Shown piece after piece: positions 20,114 to 30,413 of a stretch of DNA of 64,000 nt (position 1 is the stretch's first letter; the number at the start of each line of letters is the position of its first letter). This DNA comes from an uncultured Clostridium sp. (GTDB lineage Bacteria > Bacillota > Clostridia > TANB77 > CAG-508), in the NCBI GenBank assembly GCA_947650745.1, contig CANSWM010000002.1:503-64502 (forward strand). Direction: 5' to 3'. Under the pieces are notes generated by a model, which was not told the origin of the DNA, ran no database searches, and saw only the letters and a list, made by a program, of their open reading frames with translations. The translations under genes and the position numbers were made by a program.

Positions 20114-21896
20114 TGCTTACCTCCTCTCGAATATAAACATTTCTTACTAACATAGATGCATATTCTTCTTTTAGTTTTGCTTGCCTTAATACTGTCAATA
20201 ATCTTACTCTTGCATTTATTTCTGCGCTTGCTAAAAATCCACCAGTTAAGTCTATATCTAATTTATTAATATGGCCAACTAATTGTCTACTAAAATCATT
20301 ACTTTCTATTGCAACATCTTCTGTTAAACTTTCGCCTTTTAAAATAAAATCAAATTCAGTTTTGTATGTCTTTTGATAATAATCTAATACTTTTTTAGCG
20401 ATTGTTAGTGCATTATTTTTATTAATAAAATATGCTGATTCTATATTTAAAGTATTTAGTTTGCTTGCTGTTCCTATATCTTCAACTTTTGCTGATATTT
20501 CCTGTGTACTATCTATATATTTATGGCCAATAACAATAACTTCTTTTTCACTTGTGCAATTTATGATTGCATAATTACAATTAGATTCTTTTATTGTTCC
20601 TTCTGCACACGACAAGTTATATACTGGATTATCAAATAAAATCCTATTATCGCCTTTATTTAGTATTCCCTTAAATACTTCTTCTGCTTCAGATCCTTGC
20701 ATATAATTATGTGCTGTTACTGCCACTTCTGTAACAATTTCATTTTGTTCCACTTTTTTTGTACCTTGAAATATATTAGTTTGTTCAATAGTATTATTAT
20801 CTTCTTTATCTATAATTGTATATATTTTTATTTTGTCACTTCTGCTGCAGTCAGCAACTGCACCAACAGCAAAAACAAGTTGTTGTAATGCTTGTCTATG
20901 TGTGCAAATAGGAATATATCCTGTCATCATTATTCCTTTTAAATCTTCTTGAATTTCATAGTTTTCTTCAGCTACATTTGCTGATTCCATTAAAAGATTT
21001 ATTATATTTTCAAAAGGTACATTAACATACATACCACCATAAAATGTTGTTTTATCTATTATTCCTATTAGATCTATTGCATCAAATTCCATAATTTTAT
21101 TATCTGCATTTTTCCAGGTATCAAGATAAAATGTACCCATATCGATTTCTTTTCCTTCTTTTAATAAGAGTTCTTTGACTTTAAATGCTTGTCTTTGCTG
21201 TAATAAACTATAAAACCCTGTTGGATTTATAATATTAAATTCATCATCTTCAGAGTAAACTTTAAATCCTAAAGTATTTATACTAACCTCCGAACTTAAT
21301 AAATCCATTTCTTCCAAAATGTTTGCACTTATTAAATTATCACCTTCAAAGATTTTATTTGCTCCATATAATATCTGATATAATTTCAAATATCTATATG
21401 GATTATTTGTGCTGTAAAAAATAATTATTATTTTTTGATAATTTTCAACAATATTATTACAAACATATTGGTAATTATCAGGATAAAAATCGCTATCATT
21501 TATTAACTGATTATCTTTATCGTAATATGTTATATTTAAATGATTACAGTAGTCTCCTGCCTTACTAAATAAAAAAGTTAAACCTAAACTACTATGTGGT
21601 TCAGTAAAACTAATTACTAATACAGGAGGCTTTTCAAATATTCCTGATTCATTACTTATACTACTAGACCATAAACACATATTGTCTAATTCTTCAGGCA
21701 TTAATTCAAATGTTCCATCTAGTGCAAATTGATTTTTTTCTAATGTACCATATTTTACTTCTTCAATATCATTTCGTTTTAGATCTTCTAGATCAACAAA
21801 ATTTTGTTTATCTGCAATACTTAACTGACTGTCTGATTTTGCTGTAACATCAATAAATCCAAATTCTATCTGTGTTTTTGTTTTCATAGTTATCAA
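20106..21896 (-). CDS. phage tail/baseplate structural protein (Tal/receptor-binding-module-like, 596 aa)
   Basis: Large ORF following the tape-measure and a 128-aa ORF; position typical of distal tail/tail-associated proteins. Confidence 0.45.
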   Translation of the reverse strand: MITMKTKTQIEFGFIDVTAKSDSQLSIADKQNFVDLEDLKRNDIEEVKYGTLEKNQFALDGTFELMPEELDNMCLWSSSISNESGIFEKPPVLVISFTEPHSSLGLTFLFSKAGDYCNHLNITYYDKDNQLINDSDFYPDNYQYVCNNIVENYQKIIIIFYSTNNPYRYLKLYQILYGANKIFEGDNLISANILEEMDLLSSEVSINTLGFKVYSEDDEFNIINPTGFYSLLQQRQAFKVKELLLKEGKEIDMGTFYLDTWKNADNKIMEFDAIDLIGIIDKTTFYGGMYVNVPFENIINLLMESANVAEENYEIQEDLKGIMMTGYIPICTHRQALQQLVFAVGAVADCSRSDKIKIYTIIDKEDNNTIEQTNIFQGTKKVEQNEIVTEVAVTAHNYMQGSEAEEVFKGILNKGDNRILFDNPVYNLSCAEGTIKESNCNYAIINCTSEKEVIVIGHKYIDSTQEISAKVEDIGTASKLNTLNIESAYFINKNNALTIAKKVLDYYQKTYKTEFDFILKGESLTEDVAIESNDFSRQLVGHINKLDIDLTGGFLASAEINARVRLLTVLRQAKLKEEYASMLVRNVYIREEVSNG

Positions 21897-22279
21897 CTCC
21901 TTGCTGGCCTTTTAGCCGTGAAGTTTACAGTCATATCTTTTCTATATGCTTTGCCATCTTTAAAATCGTAAATCACTCTTGAAACATTATTAAAATAGGC
22001 CTTAAATTCAAGATTAGCAATTTTGACAGTATGAAATTCCTCTGGTTCTGTTAGTTTATTCCATAATCTTTCATATTCATCATAATTACTATCAACTTGA
22101 GGTTCGAACTTAATGTCAGTAAAATTAAAGTACACACCTATTAGTTCTCTTTTTAGATCTCCGTCATCTGTTCTATTTGCATATTTATCTAAAAAGTCTG
22201 CTGCTTCTTTTATATTTGCATATACACCAATATTATATTGTTTTCCATCAAGTAATATAAAATCGTATTTTTCTGCCAT
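21893..22279 (-). CDS. hypothetical phage tail protein (Dit-position, 128 aa)
   Basis: Directly downstream of TMP. Confidence 0.35.
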   Translation of the reverse strand: MAEKYDFILLDGKQYNIGVYANIKEAADFLDKYANRTDDGDLKRELIGVYFNFTDIKFEPQVDSNYDEYERLWNKLTEPEEFHTVKIANLEFKAYFNNVSRVIYDFKDGKAYRKDMTVNFTAKRPARS

Positions 22280-25200
22280 TATGTTGCACCTCCTATAATT
22301 AATTTGTTACCTTTTCTCTTGCTTTCTCTATCTAATTCAGGTTTTAATACTCTTACTAATTGTGACATTGTACCATTAAAGTTAAGTATAATATTTTGTG
22401 CTTGAGTATTATTGCTTTGATTATTATTATTTTGATCTTGGAACATTTTTAAAGCTGTCAAAACCATATCTAACATTTTATCTTCAGGTGCAACAACTTC
22501 GCCTTGATGTTTATTATCACCAATAACTGCTAATTGAGGTGTATTTGCTTTTACATAACCACCTTGTGCAAGTCTTGGTAAATTCAATTGATTTAATTTT
22601 CCTATATTAACTCCTGGTATTGCATTAATTACATCAATAGCACCATTTATCATATTTACAAATTTGTTTACTATACCTTCTATCATTCCAAGAACGCCAT
22701 TTATTCCACTTTTTACTGCTCCACTTATTGCATCCCCTATTTTTGTACCTAATGCACTAAATGTATTTTTGATGTTGTTCCATATGCCACTAAAGAAACT
22801 TCCAATATTTCTAAATATACCTGTAATTCTGTCATAAGCAGTTTGAAAATTATTTATTATTCCGTTTTTAATACTACTTACTGCATTACTAATACTATTT
22901 TTAATTCCATTCCATATATTAGAAACTGTATTTTTTATTCCATTGAATATATTTGAAATAACAGTTTTTATTGCATTAAATACGGTTGTAATAATACCTT
23001 TTATAACATTTATTACTGTTTCTATTATCCCTTTAATTGCGTTCCATACAGCAGAAACAACACCCTTAATCGCATTCCAAATTCCTGTAAAAAATGTCTT
23101 TATACCTTCCCAGGCTTTGTTCCAATCTCCTGTGAAAATACCAACAATGAAATCTATTAAACCTTTAAAAGTTTGTATAATTCCATCAATTGTATCTGTA
23201 ATAGCACCAAATACATTGCAAATTGTGTTCCATAAACTTTCGAATATTGGAACTAATACAGGAAGAATATTTTGTATGATCCAATCAATAACTGGTTTTA
23301 AAATATTATTCCAAAGAGCCGTTACTGCATCTGCTATACTTCCAATTAAACCTGCGACATTATCTACAAAAGGTTTTAAATGTGTATTCCATAATTCATT
23401 GAATTTTGTTGCTAATCTCTCCAACATAGGTGCAACATAAGTGTTATACGCATCTAGGAATTTTCCAAATGTATCACTTATTCCTGTTTTTAAGGCTTCC
23501 ATTAGAGGATGAATATGTTGATCATAAACTTTATTCCATTTATCTCCAACATAAGTCATTGCAGATGCTAATGTACTTGTAAAGCTTTCTATTGGCTTCA
23601 TTGTATTTTCAATAGTAGTTTTTATTTTATCTGCATTATCTATAATTGGTTGGAATAATATTCCCTTTAAATCAAGCACAAACTTTCCACATAATTCTTG
23701 GATACTCATAAGTGGATTAGCAAATATTGCAATTATATTAGCACCGATTTGTTTTGCTGTATCACTTTTAAATACATCTGATATTTCTCCTAATGCTTGA
23801 AATAAATTACCTGTTAAAGTTAAATCTTTACTTGAAATATCAAACATTTTACATATATGGCCTTTTATTCTTTCGACATTTTGTGACAAGTATTTATCTA
23901 TACTTCCAACTAATCCTTCAGCAAGATTTATTCCTATTCTTGCTACAGAACCTGTGACCTGTCCAAGTGTAAATAACAAAGTTTTTACCCAATTTTCTGC
24001 TGCACTTAATACTTTTGGATCTGTCCAAATATTGATTATTGTATCTTTTATTCCTTTTAAATGTCCTATTATTCCATCAAAATTCGTGTCCCCAAAACTA
24101 ATGTCAAACCCACTTTTAAATATGCCTGCTAATTCTTTTAATCTCCCAATTAAACCATCAAATGCTGATGTATCTTCAGTAATTGTACTTGATACATCTA
24201 ATGAATCAGTTAGTCCTGCTCCTCCACCAGTGCTTCCACTTCCTGATCCACTTGAATTACTTGTATCTTTCTGTAATACATTTAAATTATCAAATGATGC
24301 CAAGTTGTTTGATGCCTTTTTTGCATCTTTTCCTGCTTTTTTTGCACTATCTCCAATACCTGAAATCGCATCAGATGCATCTCCTGCTTGCGTTGCTAAA
24401 TCACCTATTCCACTTGATACAGTTTCAACACTATCTGCTTTTAATCCAAACATTGCTAGTAAACCTGAAAGTGCTGTAAATAATTTAGTAACTACATTTA
24501 CTGCACTAGTTATTATTGGAATAAATAATTTTGCAATTGGCTGAATTGCATTTCCTACTGCAGTTTTCAAATTTGTAAATGCTGTGTTTAATTGTGCTAA
24601 TTTTCCTGAATATGTACTAGCATAAATCGCAGCATCATTACTTTGGAATTTTGTTTCTTCTAATATTCCATTTACTTCTGCTTGTATTTTTTCTGCTTGA
24701 GTAAGATTATTTGTTGTCTTGCCTATTGATTTTGCATAATCTTCCCACATTTTTGCCACATTCTTCGTAACACCTGCATTATCAACAACAACTGAATTTT
24801 CATTTTTTAAACCTTCTGTTGCTGTCTGTACTGCATCTCCAAGACTATATGTGCTTTGCCTTGCAAATGTAGCACTATTTTTTAAGGCATTCATTGTCTT
24901 TTGTATTTGATCTGAATTATAACCTCTTAATGTCAAGTTCTTGTATGCAGCAACTGCGTTATTCAAAGGAACTAAACCATCTGATATATAATCATTAATA
25001 AATTGTTTTGCTTTATCAAAACTCTTTCCTTGGCCAGTTAAGATTGAATTTAACCCTATCCAAGCATTAGAAGTTTCAGTTGCTACATTTAGACACTCTT
25101 TTCCCCATTTAACAACTGCTGCAACAGAAAAAGCTGCCAGTGCAGCCTTACCTATTTTTAATAATGATGATGAGATTTTAGAAGAAGCCGTATTTGCTTG

Positions 25201-25284
25201 TGCATCAATATTTTTTAATTGTGAACTAAATTTATTACTATCTAATATTAAACTAAGGTCAATTTCCCCTACATTTGTACTCAT
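22279..25284 (-). CDS. phage tail tape measure protein (1001 aa)
   Basis: Length; N-terminal coiled-coil; long run of IWNxIKNxVSxxWNxI... helical repeats; central G/S-rich linker; position after the chaperone pair. Confidence 0.85.
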   Translation of the reverse strand: MSTNVGEIDLSLILDSNKFSSQLKNIDAQANTASSKISSSLLKIGKAALAAFSVAAVVKWGKECLNVATETSNAWIGLNSILTGQGKSFDKAKQFINDYISDGLVPLNNAVAAYKNLTLRGYNSDQIQKTMNALKNSATFARQSTYSLGDAVQTATEGLKNENSVVVDNAGVTKNVAKMWEDYAKSIGKTTNNLTQAEKIQAEVNGILEETKFQSNDAAIYASTYSGKLAQLNTAFTNLKTAVGNAIQPIAKLFIPIITSAVNVVTKLFTALSGLLAMFGLKADSVETVSSGIGDLATQAGDASDAISGIGDSAKKAGKDAKKASNNLASFDNLNVLQKDTSNSSGSGSGSTGGGAGLTDSLDVSSTITEDTSAFDGLIGRLKELAGIFKSGFDISFGDTNFDGIIGHLKGIKDTIINIWTDPKVLSAAENWVKTLLFTLGQVTGSVARIGINLAEGLVGSIDKYLSQNVERIKGHICKMFDISSKDLTLTGNLFQALGEISDVFKSDTAKQIGANIIAIFANPLMSIQELCGKFVLDLKGILFQPIIDNADKIKTTIENTMKPIESFTSTLASAMTYVGDKWNKVYDQHIHPLMEALKTGISDTFGKFLDAYNTYVAPMLERLATKFNELWNTHLKPFVDNVAGLIGSIADAVTALWNNILKPVIDWIIQNILPVLVPIFESLWNTICNVFGAITDTIDGIIQTFKGLIDFIVGIFTGDWNKAWEGIKTFFTGIWNAIKGVVSAVWNAIKGIIETVINVIKGIITTVFNAIKTVISNIFNGIKNTVSNIWNGIKNSISNAVSSIKNGIINNFQTAYDRITGIFRNIGSFFSGIWNNIKNTFSALGTKIGDAISGAVKSGINGVLGMIEGIVNKFVNMINGAIDVINAIPGVNIGKLNQLNLPRLAQGGYVKANTPQLAVIGDNKHQGEVVAPEDKMLDMVLTALKMFQDQNNNNQSNNTQAQNIILNFNGTMSQLVRVLKPELDRESKRKGNKLIIGGAT

Positions 25285-25676
25285 TATCTCACCTCACTTT
25301 TGGCCATAGATTTAAACATATTTTTTATGCTTTCCATAGCTTGTTCATAATTTTCTTCGCTTATTTGAGATGCTGATTTATTTAGCCATTCATTTCTTAT
25401 TTTAATTTCTTCAGGAGTGAATTTTTTTAATACTTCAGGATCTTTTTCTTTTCTAATTCTTATAATATTTCCAAGTGGTGTGTCTCCTTTAAGTCCTGCA
25501 ATATCACTTATTAATTCTCCCCAGTCTAAACTATCTATTTCTTTCCTAATGCTGTACCCATATTGTGTTTTTAAACTTGATGCCACTAAATCCCAATCAT
25601 CAAATAAGTCATATCCTGGATTGTATGTCGAAGTATTATTGAAATCGTTTCTCCATTTCCTCATAACTTTCCTCAT
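25284..25676 (-). CDS. tail assembly chaperone, T-like ORF (overlaps upstream G-like ORF)
   Basis: 130 aa, overlaps 25636-25956 by 41 nt in the +1 frame; between major tail protein and TMP. Confidence 0.45.
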   Translation of the reverse strand: MRKVMRKWRNDFNNTSTYNPGYDLFDDWDLVASSLKTQYGYSIRKEIDSLDWGELISDIAGLKGDTPLGNIIRIRKEKDPEVLKKFTPEEIKIRNEWLNKSASQISEENYEQAMESIKNMFKSMAKSEVR

Positions 25677-25956
25677 TTACAACTGCTGATAAAGCAATTA
25701 CGATTGCTTTTAATCCAGGTATAGTAAGCTTCATTTCTTTTATTTCTTTTAGGGCTTCTTTTCCCATTAACATTTCAATCATTTGGTACATAACATCAAT
25801 AGAAAAATCCTGATCCTTAATTTTCTCTTGTACTAATAAATAATTATCTGCACTTGTATCCACTTCATAAACCTTACCTTCTGCAAGTTTTATAGTTGCT
25901 TTTTCTTTTCCTAATTTTGAACTAATATCAATTTGTGACATTTTATTTACCTCCAT
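25636..25956 (-). CDS. tail assembly chaperone, G-like ORF
   Basis: 106 aa acidic protein between major tail and TMP. Confidence 0.45.
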   Translation of the reverse strand: MEVNKMSQIDISSKLGKEKATIKLAEGKVYEVDTSADNYLLVQEKIKDQDFSIDVMYQMIEMLMGKEALKEIKEMKLTIPGLKAIVIALSAVVNEESYEEMEKRFQ

Positions 25957-26010
25957 TTTAATTTTTTATATAAAAAAAGAGCCTCAGTAGATAACTACCG
26001 AGGCTTGTTT

Positions 26011-26460
26011 TTAGGCTGCTGGTGTTATAGTTGGTGCTCCGTCTGACATAACCTCAAACTCTAAAGGTGCAACATTTGTACTATCGCCAGTACCAGCATT
26101 TGATACAGAAATAATACAATTGAAACTAACTGTTGTTCCATCTGCAAATTCCCATTCAAATTTGGTTTCTACTGCTTGACCTGTTGCAAATAATTTTGAT
26201 GCAACATAGTCATTTCCATCATCTCCAACATTTCTTTTTCCTGAAATGCTAATTGAGAAACCTTTACCAGTTTGCATTCTTCTGATCCATCCTTCTGTTG
26301 TCATTGGTGTCCATTCCTCTACATTGTTATCCATTGACAAAGAAAATGTTTCGCAGTCTGCAATTGTTTTCATATCTTCAGCTGTAGATTCTCTTCCTTT
26401 TGTACCAATTTTAAATATATTATTAAATACTGGATATACTCCACTTGTTACAGTTGCCAT
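26011..26460 (-). CDS. phage major tail protein
   Basis: 149 aa, ...TKFEWEFADGTTVSFNCIISVSNAGTGDST... beta-rich, position upstream of the chaperone pair. Confidence 0.6.
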   Translation of the reverse strand: MATVTSGVYPVFNNIFKIGTKGRESTAEDMKTIADCETFSLSMDNNVEEWTPMTTEGWIRRMQTGKGFSISISGKRNVGDDGNDYVASKLFATGQAVETKFEWEFADGTTVSFNCIISVSNAGTGDSTNVAPLEFEVMSDGAPTITPAA

Positions 26461-26463
26461 AAG

Positions 26464-26889
26464 CTAATCCTCCTTTTCTTTATTCTCATAATAAAAGATT
26501 GCTTGTATAACCCTTTCATAAATGTTTTTGTCGTCTGTACCGACATCAACTGGTTCAGGTATAAGCAATCTTATATAATTTACTTTTATATCATTTATAA
26601 TAAAATCTTTAGATGTTAATAGTTTATTATAAATTTCTTGTGATTTTTGTTCTGTTTCTTTAGCATTTTTATTCCAATGAATCAAAATACTAACTGACTT
26701 TTCAAAAGTTTTGGTATTATCAATTCCACCTATTGCAATATTTGCTTCATTGCTAGTTTTTAATTGATATACACCAATAGACTTATCTTTCTTATTATCC
26801 AATTTTCCTATATAACAATTCTCTGAAGCAGTATAATTTAAAGATTTAATCCAATCCCTTATATCTGCTAATCCTAACAGTTTATTCAT
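26464..26889 (-). CDS. tail completion / head-tail joining protein (hypothetical)
   Basis: 141-aa ORF in head-tail joining cluster. Confidence 0.35.
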   Translation of the reverse strand: MNKLLGLADIRDWIKSLNYTASENCYIGKLDNKKDKSIGVYQLKTSNEANIAIGGIDNTKTFEKSVSILIHWNKNAKETEQKSQEIYNKLLTSKDFIINDIKVNYIRLLIPEPVDVGTDDKNIYERVIQAIFYYENKEKED

Positions 26890-27269
26890 TATAAACCTGC
26901 CTCCTTTTTATAAAATTGTGCAAATGCTTTTTTACAAAAGTCTTTTTCTTTTCCAGTTGTCCAGGGTTCATACCAATTTCCTCTAGCATTTGGATTTTCC
27001 TCTTTCGAGAAATTATATTCAGGATGAAAATACATTCTCCTAGAGTATGGTGTAGAAGTAATTAAACTTACTTTTCCTTGCTTACTATTTGAATAATCTT
27101 CATATGTATTATCATTCTGCATATTTCCAGTTCTAAACGGCATTACTTGAGCATTTACCACTTCAGTATGTAAAGCACTAACTGTCTTTTCAAGTGAAGT
27201 TATAGATGCACGATCTAATTGCTTTATTTTAGGAGCATTTAACTTTATTCTTGAAGTTACAGTTTTCAT
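26889..27269 (-). CDS. head-tail adaptor/ tail-terminator-like protein (hypothetical)
   Basis: 126-aa ORF, position. Confidence 0.35.
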   Translation of the reverse strand: MKTVTSRIKLNAPKIKQLDRASITSLEKTVSALHTEVVNAQVMPFRTGNMQNDNTYEDYSNSKQGKVSLITSTPYSRRMYFHPEYNFSKEENPNARGNWYEPWTTGKEKDFCKKAFAQFYKKEAGL

Positions 27270-27607
27270 TACATTATCTCCACTTCAGTAAAATTAACTG
27301 TTCCATCAGGATTTCTTGCTTTAGTTCCTTGATATATTGATCTTGTTTCTCCAAATACAGTAACTTGGCCACCAGAAATAACGGACAGTCCAGGAGCAAT
27401 ATCTCCAACAAAATATGCTTTTGCTGTTAATTGAATTATAACTTTTTCTGCAGTTAATACTCTTTTTGCTTTATCCTGGTAATTACACTTTAAATTAGCA
27501 TCTAGTGCAATTATTGGTTCGCCATCTTCTGTTGTTCCTTCGCCATATAAAACAATATGAATATCTGTTTTACAATCTTTTTCTCTTACTAATTTTGGAT
27601 AAATCAT
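27269..27607 (-). CDS. head closure protein (hypothetical)
   Basis: 112-aa ORF, position. Confidence 0.35.
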   Translation of the reverse strand: MIYPKLVREKDCKTDIHIVLYGEGTTEDGEPIIALDANLKCNYQDKAKRVLTAEKVIIQLTAKAYFVGDIAPGLSVISGGQVTVFGETRSIYQGTKARNPDGTVNFTEVEIM

Positions 27608-27608
27608 A

Positions 27609-28001
27609 TTAATACCTCATACATCTACAAGTCAACCCTGTCTGTTCTAATAAACAATAATAATCTTTAGGTATAGCAACACCATTTTGAATTTCAATAT
27701 TCCAACTTTGTCCAAATCCCATTGATACACCGTTTATAGAATAACTGGTTAATGTAGTTTTTATTAAATCTTCATTTTCATATTCAAAATCAGCAAGTTT
27801 GCATATAACTTCCTGTATAATGTCTTGTTGGAATTTAGTTAAATTTTTAAAACCTCTTCCAACAATTCGATTATAAGTTAAAGTATCAATATGCATACTT
27901 GCTTCTTTTAGTTTTTCTTCGATTTTATCTTCAGGAATTTTGCTTCCTTTATAGGTACTTAGATAATAGTTTTTATCTGCATAAGATGTCATATAAAACA
28001 C
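27609..28001 (-). CDS. gp6-like head-tail connector protein
   Basis: 130 aa, MFYMTSYADKNYYLSTYKGSKIPEDKIEEKLKEASMHIDTLTYNRI... typical of the phage gp6-like DNA-packaging/connector family. Confidence 0.5.
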   Translation of the reverse strand: MFYMTSYADKNYYLSTYKGSKIPEDKIEEKLKEASMHIDTLTYNRIVGRGFKNLTKFQQDIIQEVICKLADFEYENEDLIKTTLTSYSINGVSMGFGQSWNIEIQNGVAIPKDYYCLLEQTGLTCRCMRY

Positions 28002-28006
28002 CTCGC

Positions 28007-28375
28007 TTATTCTTTGTTTGCTTTTTCAAGTTGTTTTGTTAATTTTTCCACTTGTTTTGTTAACTCTGCATTAGAAGCAGTTAACTCTGTATTAGCCTTT
28101 GTTAATTCTTCACTAGTTTTAGTTAACTCTGCGTTCGCATTTGTTAAATCTTCCACTTGTTTTGTTAACTCTGCATTATTTGAAGTATTAGTTTCAGCTT
28201 TTACTTTTTCTAATTCTTCTTTTACTTTTGCATATTCACTATAAGCAATTTGCTTTTTATATGAATATTCTTTAAGTTTACCATCTTCGTAAATATCATA
28301 TCCATCTTCAAGATATCTTTTTTTATCTACTTCATCAATGTTATAAACTTTATTATCTTTTTTTGCTATAAGCAT
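28007..28375 (-). CDS. coiled-coil protein with tandem N(A/T)ELTK repeats (head fibre/decoration candidate)
   Basis: 122 aa; five tandem copies of tgttaactctgc-containing 24-27 nt DNA repeats encode (S/T/A)NAELTK heptads. Confidence 0.4.
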   Translation of the reverse strand: MLIAKKDNKVYNIDEVDKKRYLEDGYDIYEDGKLKEYSYKKQIAYSEYAKVKEELEKVKAETNTSNNAELTKQVEDLTNANAELTKTSEELTKANTELTASNAELTKQVEKLTKQLEKANKE

Positions 28376-28423
28376 TTAAATCACCTCTTTTTTAAAATTT
28401 TTGTACTATATTGCTGAATCTGA

Positions 28424-29323
28424 TTATTCTTCAGCTTCAGCATTTATAATACAAGCAATTTTTAATAATTCATCTAAAGCAAATGAACCATTAAAGTTTC
28501 TGTTTTGATATAAATATTTATCAGCAGTTCTGCTATCATGTCCTGGTGTAAATACATTAATATAAGAATATTTATTTCTTGAAACTTGTGCTTCAGGATC
28601 TATAAGCATGTAGTTGATTTGTTTAGCACCTTCTGCTACTACACAACCATCAGTAAAGTTATAAGATGTTTTAAATCTTGCTGAAGGTACTGTTACAATT
28701 TTCTTAATATCATCAATTGTGTGTACTCTTCTGTCAATATTTTCATTATTTTGAGTAACATTTAATGTTCTTTGGATTCCATCTGCTTCTTTTAATAATT
28801 TCTTATAAACAGGTGTACAATATAGTATAACTCTGTCTAGTGGAACTCCTGCCTCTTCTAAAGTGCATAACTTTTCATCAAAGTCTGTTAAGATGTTTTT
28901 AGTTGTTATTGCTACATTACTTATAGTAGCACCAACTCTTTTTGCTTCTGCATATATTTTTGAATATGTATAGCAATCTTTTTCTGGTATAGCTTGTGTT
29001 GTTTCGAATCTTTTTTGAATATTAGCAATAGATACAACAAGATTTGTTTCATCTACATCTAATGGATCAATTGCAAATTCTATATCTCTATCATGATCTA
29101 GTGTTTTGATTTCATAATCATTTGAATAAGAACCTGTATTAAATGCCATTGAATATCTGTTATGATCTTTGTATCCTCCTACTTTTAATTTTGGTAATTT
29201 TAATTGTTTACCATTAATAATTTGAATATCTTGATTTGAATTATACAAATCAACTGATGTTAATTCCTTTGCATATAAATCAATTATATGTTGACTAAAA
29301 ATATCTGCGTATTTTAATTCCAT
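28424..29323 (-). CDS. phage major capsid protein
   Basis: 299 aa; position after scaffold; typical size/composition of Firmicutes siphophage MCP. Confidence 0.7.
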   Translation of the reverse strand: MELKYADIFSQHIIDLYAKELTSVDLYNSNQDIQIINGKQLKLPKLKVGGYKDHNRYSMAFNTGSYSNDYEIKTLDHDRDIEFAIDPLDVDETNLVVSIANIQKRFETTQAIPEKDCYTYSKIYAEAKRVGATISNVAITTKNILTDFDEKLCTLEEAGVPLDRVILYCTPVYKKLLKEADGIQRTLNVTQNNENIDRRVHTIDDIKKIVTVPSARFKTSYNFTDGCVVAEGAKQINYMLIDPEAQVSRNKYSYINVFTPGHDSRTADKYLYQNRNFNGSFALDELLKIACIINAEAEE

Positions 29324-29341
29324 AAAAAATCATCCTTTCTT

Positions 29342-29956
29342 TTAGACTCCAAAGATATTTTTAAGAACATCATTTGTATTTGGTTGTGAACCATTATTTT
29401 CTGCTCCAATCTTTGTAAAGCCTTTATTTTGTGTATTTTGAGATTTTAATTGAGGTAAATCTTCTAAAACCTTTGTTAATGCAGTAGTAACTGCATCTTT
29501 TGATACTGCTCCTTTTTCATCAACAGCTGTACTTAAATCAGCCATTTTAATTAAATAAGGAATAGTTTTTGCATCAACCCCTATTTCTAAAGCACATTGA
29601 TTTGCAACATTTTCAATTTGCATTTTTAATACTTGTGCTTTTAGAGTTGCATTTTCATTTTGTAGGTTTAAGCTATTTTGATTAGCTTCTTTTTCTTTTT
29701 GAGCCTTATTATTTTTAAAATCAACAATTGCTGTTTTCATTTCTTCTTCACTTAAACCTTGTTGTTGGAAATAGCTTTTTAAAATGCTATCCTCTGTTTT
29801 TGCATTTCTCCCATCTACAATTGCTTGTATTTTGTCATAATCTATACCTGAATTATTTGTATTTGTGTTTGCATTGTTATTTGGTTGACTTGCATTATTG
29901 TTTTGCCCAGTAGCGTTTTGGGCATTGTTATTTTGGTTGTTTTCTTCACCATCCAT
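29342..29956 (-). CDS. phage scaffolding protein
   Basis: 204 aa; N/Q-rich N-terminus; helical E/K-rich body; immediately upstream of MCP. Confidence 0.6.
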   Translation of the reverse strand: MDGEENNQNNNAQNATGQNNNASQPNNNANTNTNNSGIDYDKIQAIVDGRNAKTEDSILKSYFQQQGLSEEEMKTAIVDFKNNKAQKEKEANQNSLNLQNENATLKAQVLKMQIENVANQCALEIGVDAKTIPYLIKMADLSTAVDEKGAVSKDAVTTALTKVLEDLPQLKSQNTQNKGFTKIGAENNGSQPNTNDVLKNIFGV

Positions 29957-30055
29957 AACTTCACTACCTCCTATTTTTAACTTTTTTTAGTCTTGAATTG
30001 ACTATAATCACAAGCTTTTAAGGACTTCAGTGTTTGGTCGCAATAAAAAAAAACA

Positions 30056-30253
30056 CTATTTTGTGTCTTGATTAACTAATATTTCTATATCTTCTATTTT
30101 GCAATTTACATTTGTAGTAATTGCTTCACTGTCTATGTTTGTGAAATGTACTCCTTCAGCTGAACAACTAAAGTATTCTATTTTATCATAGACTTGGCCT
30201 TTGCATATTATTTTTAGATTCTTAATCGGTTTTGGCTTGTACATCCTTTTCAC
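30056..30253 (-). CDS. hypothetical small phage protein
   Basis: 65-aa ORF between head morphogenesis and scaffold genes. Confidence 0.25.
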   Translation of the reverse strand: MKRMYKPKPIKNLKIICKGQVYDKIEYFSCSAEGVHFTNIDSEAITTNVNCKIEDIEILVNQDTK

Positions 30254-30413
30254 TCTCCTTTCTTATTTCAACTACATCATAAGGAGACTTCAAAAGTCTA
30301 TCTCCTGTTGCTTTATCCACTTTTATTTTGTCATTTTTCTTGTATTTTTTATCTGTTATTCTATCTGTAAAATCCTTTTTAGCTTTTAATTCCATTTTTC
30401 TCCCTCCTTTCAA
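30222..30413 (-). CDS. hypothetical small phage protein
   Basis: 63-aa basic ORF. Confidence 0.25.
   Translation of the reverse strand: MKGGRKMELKAKKDFTDRITDKKYKKNDKIKVDKATGDRLLKSPYDVVEIRKESEKDVQAKTD

Noticed and set aside
28030-28200. Tandem direct repeats considered as a possible CRISPR array or satellite
   Set aside because: The repeats are in-frame coding heptads of a coiled-coil protein, have no spacer architecture, and no cas genes are nearby
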